Positions 28,883 through 40,300 of a DNA stretch of 64,000 bases are shown one piece after another. The translations under genes and the position numbers were made by a program. The stretch covers positions 31,098-95,097 of IMG/VR virus record IMGVR_UViG_3300037011_000606, one strand, 5' to 3'. Below the pieces are notes generated by a model. It was not told the origin of the DNA, ran no database searches, and was given only the letters and a program-made list of their open reading frames with translations. This DNA comes from a virus. How positions within the stretch are numbered: position 1 is the first letter of the stretch; each line of letters opens with the position of its first letter.

Positions 28883-31380
28883 AGTTCAAATTCCTCCGTA
28901 TCTTCCTCTTCAATATTAAGCGCAAATTCTACTTTGTGCGGAATTAAGGTTACTGTACCTTGCAATACGTAGAATGGTATATCAGTTCCAGCAGGCGTTG
29001 TATCGTACCAAACACCGTTATATTTATAGAGAGAACTTCCTAACAAATATCCATTTCCACCATATGCTATCCTTCCAGCCCCCACAGGATCATCAGTCCC
29101 CATTATGACTATATACATATTACCAGGAACTAATGCTGGACATCCTGTTAAATTGAATATTGCCCAGTTACCATTATCCGAAAGTCCAGCCTTTCCGAAG
29201 GTTTCCTTGAATATAGGCGGTTCAACGGGCGCGCCGCCACTTGTTTCATATATCTCTATAAACTCAGATACAGGATCAATATACCCAACTCTCTTTTTCA
29301 CATACATTTTAACCCTAGCAACTGGGTCAGCAGTCACCGCTATAAATCTCTGCCCCCATTTTAAATTAGATGCAAACCAACTCCAAGAACAACCAGTTAT
29401 CGTTAGATATGATATAACAGTTCCTGAAGTTTGTAGTTCACCCATTGCTACATCCAACTCTATAGAAGCATCCTTACAGATAACTCCATTATTTCTTATC
29501 ATCTTCGAATTAGCATCAGCTTGCCATATATGTATCTTCTTTAAACATTCACTATACCCCGACCATGTAAGACCTTGATTAGTTGATCTAGTTTCTGTAC
29601 CATGATGATAATAACATGGCTGTACATTATGATGCCAATAATTATAGTTACTCTGACTAGGAGCAACGGATGTAACTACAAAGCCATATCTTACATCAGG
29701 CATTAGCCAACCCTTTGTAGTGAATTCGAAAGTTCTCCATTTATCAGACCATCCACCACTACCATATGGTATATCATCCTTTGTGAGTTCCCTTCTAGCT
29801 ATAACAACATTCAAATCGGGAGTATCGTCTGGTTTCAACGGGCATATCATAACTACGAGAGGCGTGACTGGAGGTCTACTATCACTTGTAACAGCCACAT
29901 TTGTTTCAAACCACTGTGCTTCAAATATATGTTCTACTTCAAATCGTTGACACCACCAGCTGTTTAACCATATAGCAGAGCCCCCACCCATACCTGTAGT
30001 TCTATACCAATACTCTCCTCTTACACCTTCTGCTATCTCTCCTAACTCCAAGTCAATCTCCCTTAGAGAGTCGACATCTAACCCAATCTCATGGATATCT
30101 GGCGCAACACTCTCGTCTATTAACTCCAGCTCAAATTCCTTTGTAACTCCTATCTCAGAGACCAGCCACTCCTCGAAAAGAGCATCCCAAGTATACAAAA
30201 ACTTCCAACTCCCACCAGTATACTCACAAGCTCTCCCTCCAAGATATGGACCGGTGGCATTCATCTTCCAACTACGGTTGCCACTAACTTGTACCTCACT
30301 TACAAACGCATACATTGTTCCAGCTTGTAATACAGCAACCTCACCATTGAAATTGACATAATGATCAGGAGCTTCCCAACCCCTAGTATAATTAGTATAC
30401 ACCCAGGAAGATATACGAGTGTTTGGTAGCCCACCCACCGTATTATATATAGCCCATCTTATATAATTAGGCGCGCTGTAATTCCACGCACCACCCATAT
30501 TCATTCTCCATAACCCACCTGTAATCGATGGAGTAAAGGTTTGTGCGAGCATAAGCCCAGTACTCGAAATCGAAGGTGGAGGATGAATCATTTGTTGCTG
30601 ATCTATGCCTCCAACAGCTACCATATGAACATTGTCCAAATCCAAATTAACCAGCTGAGTCTTCTCCCTATCAAGTATAAATCTCTCAACACCCTGCAAT
30701 ATATTAGACTCGACAATAAATCCGAAAGGTAAGTCATATTGAGTAATCTTCCTCCAAACAGGTGGTGACCTATTCGAATACACAAACTCTCCGCCAGGAT
30801 AGCTCGCAGGATACAAATGGTTTAAGCTTATCTTCCACTTACTAGCGATCTCATCGGACCTATACATAAACCCATACTTTACCCCAACTGTCAACACCAA
30901 GGGGCTAGCGAAGTCATAAATCTCCCAAGTATCCACTGTTGATGGTGCATCAGCCGGGTCAATTAATATTTGAGCTAAGGTCGCGCCAGTTGGCCAGCCC
31001 AATCCATCTAGCTCCTTTATCTCTATAATAAAGGGCAATGTTGGCGGATTTGCAACATTCTTATATATAGGAACATTCACCCCAGTTATGATAACCGGAT
31101 CAGTGAGAGTAAACTGCTGACACCAAAGGTATATACCCCCACAATCCATTCCATAACCTATACCCGGAGGATAGTATCCAACTCTAACATCCCTCTTCTC
31201 CAAATCAGCTTCCAACTCAAAATCTACTACATTCTCGAAGCTCGACTCCAGTTCAAATGGAGCTAGGTTCTCAGTCTCCAACTCAATATTCACTATCTCA
31301 TGAGTTACATCTCCATCAGTATACCCATAACCCAATGTTACCAGGGCGCCTTCCCCAAAGCCATGTGTAACTATCGTCAT
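28879..31380 (-). CDS. virion adhesin with four repeated jelly-roll domains
   Basis: Four WCQQF/LAQTF/WCQRF/WGQRF-starting domains with L..G..Y motifs, joined by acidic ELEL linkers. Confidence 0.65.
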   Translation of the reverse strand: MTIVTHGFGEGALVTLGYGYTDGDVTHEIVNIELETENLAPFELESSFENVVDFELEADLEKRDVRVGYYPPGIGYGMDCGGIYLWCQQFTLTDPVIITGVNVPIYKNVANPPTLPFIIEIKELDGLGWPTGATLAQILIDPADAPSTVDTWEIYDFASPLVLTVGVKYGFMYRSDEIASKWKISLNHLYPASYPGGEFVYSNRSPPVWRKITQYDLPFGFIVESNILQGVERFILDREKTQLVNLDLDNVHMVAVGGIDQQQMIHPPPSISSTGLMLAQTFTPSITGGLWRMNMGGAWNYSAPNYIRWAIYNTVGGLPNTRISSWVYTNYTRGWEAPDHYVNFNGEVAVLQAGTMYAFVSEVQVSGNRSWKMNATGPYLGGRACEYTGGSWKFLYTWDALFEEWLVSEIGVTKEFELELIDESVAPDIHEIGLDVDSLREIDLELGEIAEGVRGEYWYRTTGMGGGSAIWLNSWWCQRFEVEHIFEAQWFETNVAVTSDSRPPVTPLVVMICPLKPDDTPDLNVVIARRELTKDDIPYGSGGWSDKWRTFEFTTKGWLMPDVRYGFVVTSVAPSQSNYNYWHHNVQPCYYHHGTETRSTNQGLTWSGYSECLKKIHIWQADANSKMIRNNGVICKDASIELDVAMGELQTSGTVISYLTITGCSWSWFASNLKWGQRFIAVTADPVARVKMYVKKRVGYIDPVSEFIEIYETSGGAPVEPPIFKETFGKAGLSDNGNWAIFNLTGCPALVPGNMYIVIMGTDDPVGAGRIAYGGNGYLLGSSLYKYNGVWYDTTPAGTDIPFYVLQGTVTLIPHKVEFALNIEEEDTEEFEL

Positions 31381-31931
31381 ACCACTCTATTCCTTTGAGC
31401 TATTGCCCCTGCAGATAACACCACAGGATTATCGAACTTATCCATAATAACCATATTATACAACACTGCATCCCCAGCATCATTCCAAATCTGATAGCGA
31501 CTGTTTAACTCATCCCAGGTCATTTTATTAGTCAAGAACCTTTTCATAAAGGTTAAGTCATCAGCACTTACGCCTATCATTGTCGCCGAAGACGATTGCG
31601 ATATCACTGTATTTGTATAAGCGGCCGGATATATCGGATCATAAGTTGCTACCAGATTCCCACCTCTAACATAACAATTCGTCCAGGTAGGTCCAGCTCT
31701 ATCTGCAAATTTCAACTTCCAGCCATACCTAAACTCTAACGTTATCCCTACGTAAGATCCCGCGCCCAACCCTTGCTTACCACTGGGCAGGATAAAATCC
31801 TCAATATCCAAGTTATCTTGTTCATCCTGCCAATCTCTAACAGCATCCACAATCTGCTGTATAGTAACCTCCTCGGTAGGTAAATCTACCACAAGCCACT
31901 TATTAACTTCATCAAATGTGAAGGTTACCAT
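31377..31931 (-). CDS. hypothetical virion protein
   Basis: ORF translationally coupled in the late operon; GGTGG RBS. Confidence 0.7.
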   Translation of the reverse strand: MVTFTFDEVNKWLVVDLPTEEVTIQQIVDAVRDWQDEQDNLDIEDFILPSGKQGLGAGSYVGITLEFRYGWKLKFADRAGPTWTNCYVRGGNLVATYDPIYPAAYTNTVISQSSSATMIGVSADDLTFMKRFLTNKMTWDELNSRYQIWNDAGDAVLYNMVIMDKFDNPVVLSAGAIAQRNRVV

Positions 31932-31940
31932 ACATCCACC

Positions 31941-34316
31941 CTACGTTACTATTGTATCAGTGGTCCTAATCGCAGACACAGATAAGCCGGTAGTAACCAC
32001 CTGTCCAGTCGTCTCAAAGGGTATAATCCCTTTCTTCCTAACCCTTATCAACACATCTCTATCACTGGCATATACTACTATAACAGATACACTGGTGCTT
32101 ATAGCCTCCTCATCTATAAACGGAACATAAGCTTTATCTGTTCCATCATAAGTCCTATCCAGAGTTCCAACCAGTGTAAATATCTTACCCGTCCAAGATG
32201 AATACTCATAGCGCTGTTCCGTCGCCGTAGACGTATCCACAGTTCTTAAGAAGCCAGTATCTGGTGTATCTGAATCTATATTAGCTTGCACTTCGAAAGT
32301 CCCACTGCCCAATGTATTATTAGTTGCATGTGAGGTGTAGGTCGCCTTATCTATAACTCCAACTAACGTTCTATACACGCCTACCCGATCTCCAGCAACA
32401 ACACTGCTTATAGTTATAGTTGATACTGTGGGCGGGTCCCTGGTAGTTCCGCTAGAGTCTATAAGCTGATAACTCATCGCATCATCTACATCCATATCCT
32501 CTAGCCATATACCTTGAGCCCCGAAGAATATACCACCAGCAAAACTACCGAAAGGTGCTGCCTTAATTGGCGTATACCCAGTGTATGCTATCTGGTAACA
32601 ATTACCAGTCAACACTGTTATTACCCCACCAACCACAGTGTACATATTATAAGCAGATCCGGACCTAGCCACAAACTTCAAATACTCATAGACTTGTGAC
32701 ACAGTCCTGCCATCACAATCCACAACTACATCATAGTCGTGTGTTACTGGATCCCTAGGGAATGCCTTAGGTGTAGTGTGGGCAGATACCAAATCCGCAG
32801 AAGCTACGGTAGTAGCACCAGAAACACTTCCCAATATGGTTTTAGTATTAATCAACGTAGAGGAACAATTGCCCAAAGTCATAGTCCCCGACGTCTCCTT
32901 AATGAACACCCCAGACTTAGTTCCGCCATCCCATGTGACAATCTCATTATCTGTAAATGTTCCGGTTATGGCTCCATGAGTAACCGTACCATTAACAAAA
33001 GCCACAACAATATTACTCCATCCAGATATTATCGTAGTTGAGTTACCATTCGCGAGAGCTGCTCCAGTCACCGGATCAGTTATCGCTTCATTATTAGCAT
33101 AGGCCAAATAGTCAGCCGTAGTCGGGGATCCTCTCACTTTTAAGTTAAGCTTACCAGTCACTCCATCATCCTGTAACCCAACTATATTTCTCTTCGCACC
33201 AGAAGTCCCACCAGTCAACACCTGGCCAACAGTGAAATCCCCACCCTCTGCATCATATAGTAGGTAAGTATCTCCCAGGGTCCCATTTACAACGGCATTA
33301 CCATCCACACTTCCAGTTATCCCCTCATTATTAGTGAATGTGCCTTGTACATCTACCAGAGTCAGCACACCTTCTGTTCCCCAGTCAGTTGCAGCTATCA
33401 ACTCTGCCTTTGCTCCAGAGGTCCCACCAGTTACTATCTGGTGCATCGTAGAGAATGCTGCTACTTCAGCATCGTAGAACAGATAATACTCTCCAGTTCC
33501 ATTATTTAGATCATTCGCCGTGGACAGAGGTACTGCATTTCTACCACCTGCGCTCAAATCAATTTCAAAATTATCAAAGAGTGTCGTCTCCTGTCTGGCG
33601 AACACATTAACTACGCCCAACGATATAAGAACACCTACTTCCTTAACCTTCACCAATATATCTATATGCCCCCTATCCCAATTGGTCAACGTCGACCATT
33701 CAGCTATCTTAGCACCGCTCTGGAAGATATATATCTGGGGGTATGGAGTCGAAGAGATGGTACCTAGGGTATACAAGTTAGAGTAGAGTTCTTCTCCCGT
33801 GCCTGAAGCTCCAGCAGTCGTACCTCCTCCAGTACCTCCCGTTATAGTTATAGCTTCCACCTGATCAAAATTATCATCAGTGGCATCGGACCTAACCCAC
33901 CACTTTCTAGTCGTATTGTTGTACGCAAGCAACTTACCAGAATCAGTAGTTACGGCTCCCACCACAGGCAGGCCCCTATCGCCAGGAACACAAGAGACAT
34001 ATCCACCAGCGGCGAAAGTCAACACCCTAATGCCAGTCGGGCTATCAGGTGCCACTCCCTGCTTATAACCACTCGTTTCAATAGCCCCACCATACAGATA
34101 CTTAACGGATTCATCATCTATATGCCAACCATTAATCATAGTGTATGCTGTGGGAGTCTGAGCAGACATCGGAACGGAGTCGTCTAGCTGCCCCTGCTCA
34201 TCGAAGGTATCCATCAGATAAGAGTATAGAGCATTTACACTATATACAGTTGTTCCAGCATCATGATAAACCCTCTTATTGTTATAATCAATCAAAAACT
34301 CAGTGTCTATTCCCAT
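31941..34316 (-). CDS. large virion protein with G.TSG beta repeats
   Basis: Shares the GGYV.C..GD.G..V.G...G.L.AY repeat and C-terminal RVRK...PFE motif with the 2286-aa neighbour. Confidence 0.7.
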   Translation of the reverse strand: MGIDTEFLIDYNNKRVYHDAGTTVYSVNALYSYLMDTFDEQGQLDDSVPMSAQTPTAYTMINGWHIDDESVKYLYGGAIETSGYKQGVAPDSPTGIRVLTFAAGGYVSCVPGDRGLPVVGAVTTDSGKLLAYNNTTRKWWVRSDATDDNFDQVEAITITGGTGGGTTAGASGTGEELYSNLYTLGTISSTPYPQIYIFQSGAKIAEWSTLTNWDRGHIDILVKVKEVGVLISLGVVNVFARQETTLFDNFEIDLSAGGRNAVPLSTANDLNNGTGEYYLFYDAEVAAFSTMHQIVTGGTSGAKAELIAATDWGTEGVLTLVDVQGTFTNNEGITGSVDGNAVVNGTLGDTYLLYDAEGGDFTVGQVLTGGTSGAKRNIVGLQDDGVTGKLNLKVRGSPTTADYLAYANNEAITDPVTGAALANGNSTTIISGWSNIVVAFVNGTVTHGAITGTFTDNEIVTWDGGTKSGVFIKETSGTMTLGNCSSTLINTKTILGSVSGATTVASADLVSAHTTPKAFPRDPVTHDYDVVVDCDGRTVSQVYEYLKFVARSGSAYNMYTVVGGVITVLTGNCYQIAYTGYTPIKAAPFGSFAGGIFFGAQGIWLEDMDVDDAMSYQLIDSSGTTRDPPTVSTITISSVVAGDRVGVYRTLVGVIDKATYTSHATNNTLGSGTFEVQANIDSDTPDTGFLRTVDTSTATEQRYEYSSWTGKIFTLVGTLDRTYDGTDKAYVPFIDEEAISTSVSVIVVYASDRDVLIRVRKKGIIPFETTGQVVTTGLSVSAIRTTDTIVT

Positions 34317-34327
34317 TCATCTCACCC

Positions 34328-37300
34328 CTATGCAAACGGATCCACTATCTGTGATACATATACTATTGTGCCATCTTCATTATACGAACCAACTATCTCA
34401 AATGGAATATACTTAACCGACGCACTCGATTTTCTAACCCTAGTTAATATAGCCACACTACTACCATCGAAATCGTAAGGCGCTAAAACTGTTACATCTC
34501 CACCTGGCGCTGTTCCAGTTGCTATCAGCCTACTGTTAGTTGTATCATACACCCAGTAAACCGAACCCGCTATAATATTCTTCAATAATACATTCACATA
34601 CCCGACTGGATAATCAGGTACACTATCATTCCTCTCTGTGAATATCATCAACCCGCCAATATTAGATGTTCCACGAGGCATGAAGCCGGATGTTGCATCA
34701 TTGACAGTGGCATATGTAACTCCACCAATCTGAATTGCATTATTATCAGTAGGTGTACCTGCTACACCAGACAATACTAACGTTCCAGTACGACCTTCTT
34801 TTTCATAATCAACTATAGTTCCAGTTGCACCAGACACCGTCAAGGTGACAGCAGAACCAATAAACCCAGTGAATCCCCATATAAGAGCGGAACCATTAAC
34901 CTCAGTGTCGTACTTCACACAACTCCTCTGAGTTAATCTAATTCTAAGATAGAACCCGCTAGTCGCAGACACTGACTCAGCAGACAAATTCTCCGGAGTC
35001 ATTTCTTTATAAGCCGGCCATGTTGTTCCATCTGTACTTATCGAATATTCTTTCAGTATAGAGAACAGGGTATTAACGTTATTCCCACAATCTACACCAA
35101 CGAATTGAGGCCTTAAATTAGTGAAAGACGACACCCCATATATCTTATACGGCCACTGGTACCAAATCTGGTCTCCAGCAGTCTTCATAAATAGCGCGCC
35201 ATTATTGTCAAATGTTGGAGTTCCTGCGCTTACAGTATAAGGTGGTGTTGTTTGAGCTGAAGCATTAAACTGAAGGAATAACGCCCCCTTAGTTGTACTA
35301 AATCTCAACTCAGCAAATATCTGGTCATATAACGCCTTGTTACTTGCCGCAACTACCGTCTGGCCATAAGTAGTATTCGCCCATGGAGTTGCTGGAAAAT
35401 TCCAATAAGGATTCAACCCATCATCTGCATATAGATAGCCAGTACCCGTGCCACCTGATAATGTAAGAGCTTCTCCTTGTGTAACTCCATTAACCATGGC
35501 CTTCCAATTAGTCTGCAACGTTCTTATATGCCATATGGGACAAGGCACTCCAGCAGTGATACTATTTTCAAACGCAACCAATACACCTCTATTTGTGGAC
35601 GTAGATCCAATAACCGTTCTTGTTAAATCAGCAGCCACAGCTGCAGTATATCCAACGGCAGTTGTTCCTACAGTTCCTGAACCTGTACCCCCACCTATAG
35701 TACAAACATCATTTACTTGGAAAGCGGAAGTGCCAGATGCTAACTGCCACACCCTAGTAGTATTATTATAAGCTACTAATATACCCGTATTACCAGACAA
35801 ACTACCGGTAACCGTTCTTCCTATATCACCGGCTACGCAGCTAACATATCCCCCCGCGTTCATAGTTAAAGTTCTGGTGGCCAATCTAAACTTCCGAACC
35901 ATATGCATTACTGGTTGTGCAGCTGTAACATTCTTTATCAAGCAATTCTGCCAATAATTCAATATCGGAATCTTCCCCACATTACCTTTGATATTAGAAA
36001 CAGTTATAGGCCCCGAGTTATTATTGCATACACAAAGATAGCCTGTTGCAACTAAATTGCGTATGCCTCCGATATTCCACTTAGAGAACGTATTGTTATT
36101 AGATTCATTCGATGCATTAATCAATCCGAAAGTAGCACCGGGCTGATTGTAATTGAGATCGTACGTGTAGTTCAAGAACTTGCTATTCGTCGTTGTTAGA
36201 TGATATTGGAAGTAGCTGCATCCCAACCCACCATATCCCTCTTTGGTGATATTGCGAAATAAGAGAGAGTCACATAGATTGGTCTGGAAAAGAGGCGTAT
36301 CCCAAACAAGCGTAGATGCTACAAGATTAGCACGAGATGGTGTGAAGCTAGGATCTGTCCCCATAAACACATCACTCCACATTACACTCGCGGGTACAGC
36401 ACTTAAGGTGAATGAGATGCCAGTTCCACCATCTGCACTCCAACCAGTTATATTATTTATTTCCTGATATGCACACGCTTGAACTGTAGCTGCGGCTGTC
36501 GTAATTGGATTATTCTTAACATTAGATTTCTCAAGCTGTGCCAATGCTACGTAAATTCTCTGAGCGATTGTAGTTACTGTTGTTACAGTACCAGCTCCAG
36601 TCCCACCAGTTATTGATAAAACATCCGTAGCAATATATGTCTGTGCCGTTTGAACTGTCCAAATTCTCGTTGTGTTATCATAATTTATCAAAGTCCCAGT
36701 ATGTCCAGATACGCTACCAACTACTGGTTTTCCGATATCGGTAAGTACACAAGAAACATATCCACCTGCCTGAGAAGTCAGTGTCCTGAATCCAGCACTA
36801 TTGATATTAGCGCGAATACTGACATCCACAAGTGGTAGTGATGATGTTAATGCCGTTCCGCCAGTAGAACCAGTGCCACCAGTAACAACATAGCTATCTG
36901 TCGCTACCATAGCCGTAGCAGATAGAACAGTCCAAAGTCTATTGGTATTATCGAATGCTATTAATGTACCCGTATTTCCTGATGGGGCACCCGTGACCGT
37001 TCTACCAATATCAGTATTCACACAGTTTACGTACCCAGTTGCCGAGCAAGTCAACAATCGTTTACCTTTCGTCACTGGGTTTACAGTTGCTGAAAATCTC
37101 TGCCACTTCTGATTCAAAACACAATTAGTTGTGGTCGGATTCACAGAGTCAGTTAATCTAATATCAACATCTGCTCCAGAACAAAATCTCGAGAGCATAT
37201 ACGCAGAGAATGTAAGAGGCTGAGGACCAAGTGGAGTTGCATCAGTCACGGATATTGTTTGCATTATGGTATCATTTGCAGATACGAAGTCCAGAGAATC

Positions 37301-40300
37301 CGCGGTAGCCGTTGCATTAATCGCTTCTATCGGGCCTTTAACCAAATCTGCTGTAGCTGTAGTATTGGCAGTATTAGTAGCTACAACACCACTCGCTCCG
37401 GATACAGAGTTGGGTATTGTAACTGTCTCCGCGACTGTGAAGTTTGAAGCTGAGGCAATCCACCAGTACCTCGTAGTATTGTCATATGCGACGAGAATGC
37501 CTTGAACATTTGAAGTTCCACCCACAACTCCTTTTCCAATATCTGCGGCCGCGCAGTTAACATAGCCTCCAGCGTTCATGGTCAGCATCCTAGTGCCAAC
37601 CCAAGCAGCTGTTAGGTTCGTACTCCTCAGACAAAGGTTCGTAGTACCGCTAGTTGCCGCAGGAAGACCAAGCCAGCTCGGATACACTGGATCGAAGCTA
37701 GGTACGGCCACTATTGTTTGCTGACTATCTGTATATTTCACACTCGCACCGGATAGTGAGTTAAAATCATACTTCCTGAGTGTGTAATAATAAGTGGTTC
37801 CATTAACTAGACCTGTTGCCGTAGCTGTAACTGCAAGAACTCCAGCACCCGTACCGCCGGAGATTGTAACATTTTCTCCTACCGTACCAAACGCTTGATT
37901 TGTTGATACTATCCAAACTCTTGCCGCATTATCATAAGATATTAAAATTCCAATATGCTTCGACGTCCCACCAATAACCACTTTACCTATATCACCTGCA
38001 ACACAATTCGTGTAGCCAGCCCACGTCATTACGAGCCTTCTCTGTGTAGCCACTGTTGTGCCACATTCTGCAAATCCAGTTCCACCAACGACCGTAAGAA
38101 TATCGCCTGCTGCGAATGTAACAGCCGTGTTAAGTCTCCAAATCCGATTGGTGTTATCGTAACCCACTAGAGTTCCGATATAAGTGTTAGATGTGCTACC
38201 CCAAACAGGTTTACCGATATCACCAGCAACGCAGTTGATATATTCGTCACAAGCGTTGGTATATGCGGTCACAGCTGTGATTAAAGAGCCGCCCGAAGAA
38301 CCAGTTCCTGCTGTAACCACTACAGAATCGGTCGTTAAGAAAGTTCCTGTTAGCACTGCAACAGTCCAAATCTGAGTCCCAGTGGATCCCCCATTATCAT
38401 ACCCAATAAGAAGTCCAGTTGCACCTGATGGAGATGCCGTAACAACTCTGGTAGTATCCGCTGCTACACAAGCAACGTAGTTAACCAAAGGTAATGTGAG
38501 ATGAATCAATGTTGTGATTGTGCCTACTCCAGTGCCACCACCGATTGTACAAGCATCAGTAGTTTGGAAGGTTTGAATTGTCGCAACTGTCCAAATTCTC
38601 TTAGTGTTATCATATGCAACTAATAGTCCAGTGTGTCCGGAAACACTACCTGTAACCGTCCTACCAATATCACCCGCAACACAGTTTACATAACCTGCTG
38701 CCTTCATTATAAGGTTCCTTTGATTCTGTACCGATGTGACTGTACCAACACCCGTTCCACCAGTTATAGTACAAGCATCTGCCGCAACGAATACTTGAGT
38801 TCCTTCAACGGTCCAATATCTGTTTGTATTATCGTAAGCAACAAGGATACCAATACTTCCAGAACCTACGGCTACTACTGGCTTACCGAGATCACCCGCG
38901 ACGGCATTAATATAACCGCCAGCCTGATGAACTAAAATTGACTGCTTACAAGACAGATTTCTCAGAGCATTGGTATCCGTATAGGTTACTGTTGTAGCTG
39001 TTGCTTGTGTCCAGATTGATGCCCCAAGAACTCCAGCAGTTTCACTTCTAAATAATTCATAGCACTTCACACCATCTACTGGAAGCGACCCGTTGGCAGC
39101 AGCATTGACGTTAGCCCAGTTAGTGATGCATTGCCACATTGGAGTTGCTGATACACATAGATATCCACCATAGAAATATGGATGATTCTGCAGAAGCCCA
39201 TCATGCCCCGAGTACTGCACCGAGGAATACACCACAGGATTGTCCACATAATCTGTCGGATCATAGAAATTGTAATAAGAGCGAACCTTGAAGTAATATG
39301 GCGTATTATTAACTAGATTAGCCCCAGTAGCTGGATTTTTTGCTATTCTCATAGGTGTAGCCCAAGAGGTCGTATCATGAAACATACTTCCCGAATGCAC
39401 AACCCCATCAATAAGGTTATTAACGCAATTAGTAAAGTAAACTCCGCCATTATAGCACTTGATATTAGATATAAAGCATCCTGATAGATTTGTTATATGC
39501 AGGCAGTCGTGAGCATAGGTTAGGATAGTACCTCTCGCTACCTTATTCAACGCGTAGAATGTGAAATCACTTAGACTAGCGCCAGTAGTATTAGATATTG
39601 TTAAGATGCCACCTAAAGTGTTAGCTGTAGTAGAACACCCATAAGCCGCCATCCAAACTTTCTGTATTGAGGCGTTATTGAGGTAATTCCAAGTACCTAC
39701 TGTCCAACGATATTCTGTTCCTGCATTCTCCATAAGTCCGCCACGACTTACCCAATGCTTAGACCCTGTATTGTAGAAGTAACGAACTATCGGATCCACA
39801 GTAATGCCCATTCTGTTAATAGTCAAGCTCTTATTTTCAGAAAACAACGGCATTATTTTAAAGCCGACATCCGTTAGCTGAGCCACAGCTGCTTGGCTAA
39901 AATCACAATACGATTCACTGAAGAGACAAGTTGTTAGATAGATTCTGGGTGCATTTGTACAAGTCAGATTCGCGCTTTGTGTTCTTGTCGCAAGCTGCTG
40001 TGTAGTAGAATAATAGTCTCCCCTCGTCTCGTCCGTGATGATGATATTTGGAATACGAACATTACATCCATTAGTAATCTTATTATCAAACTCCCCGAAC
40101 TTTAACATAGAGGTGAACTGCGTAGATATTGGATTAGCTACGCCAGTTTCCTTCTCGATAGTAGTGGCAGCAGAGGGAACCCCTCTATCTCCTGTGATTC
40201 CATAAGGTTCTGCATTGGCCGTCTGTCGGAAGAACTTGCTGCGGTTAGCGCCAGCAGCTATACCCAATCCAAATTCAAGATTGCCACGCTGATATGGAGA

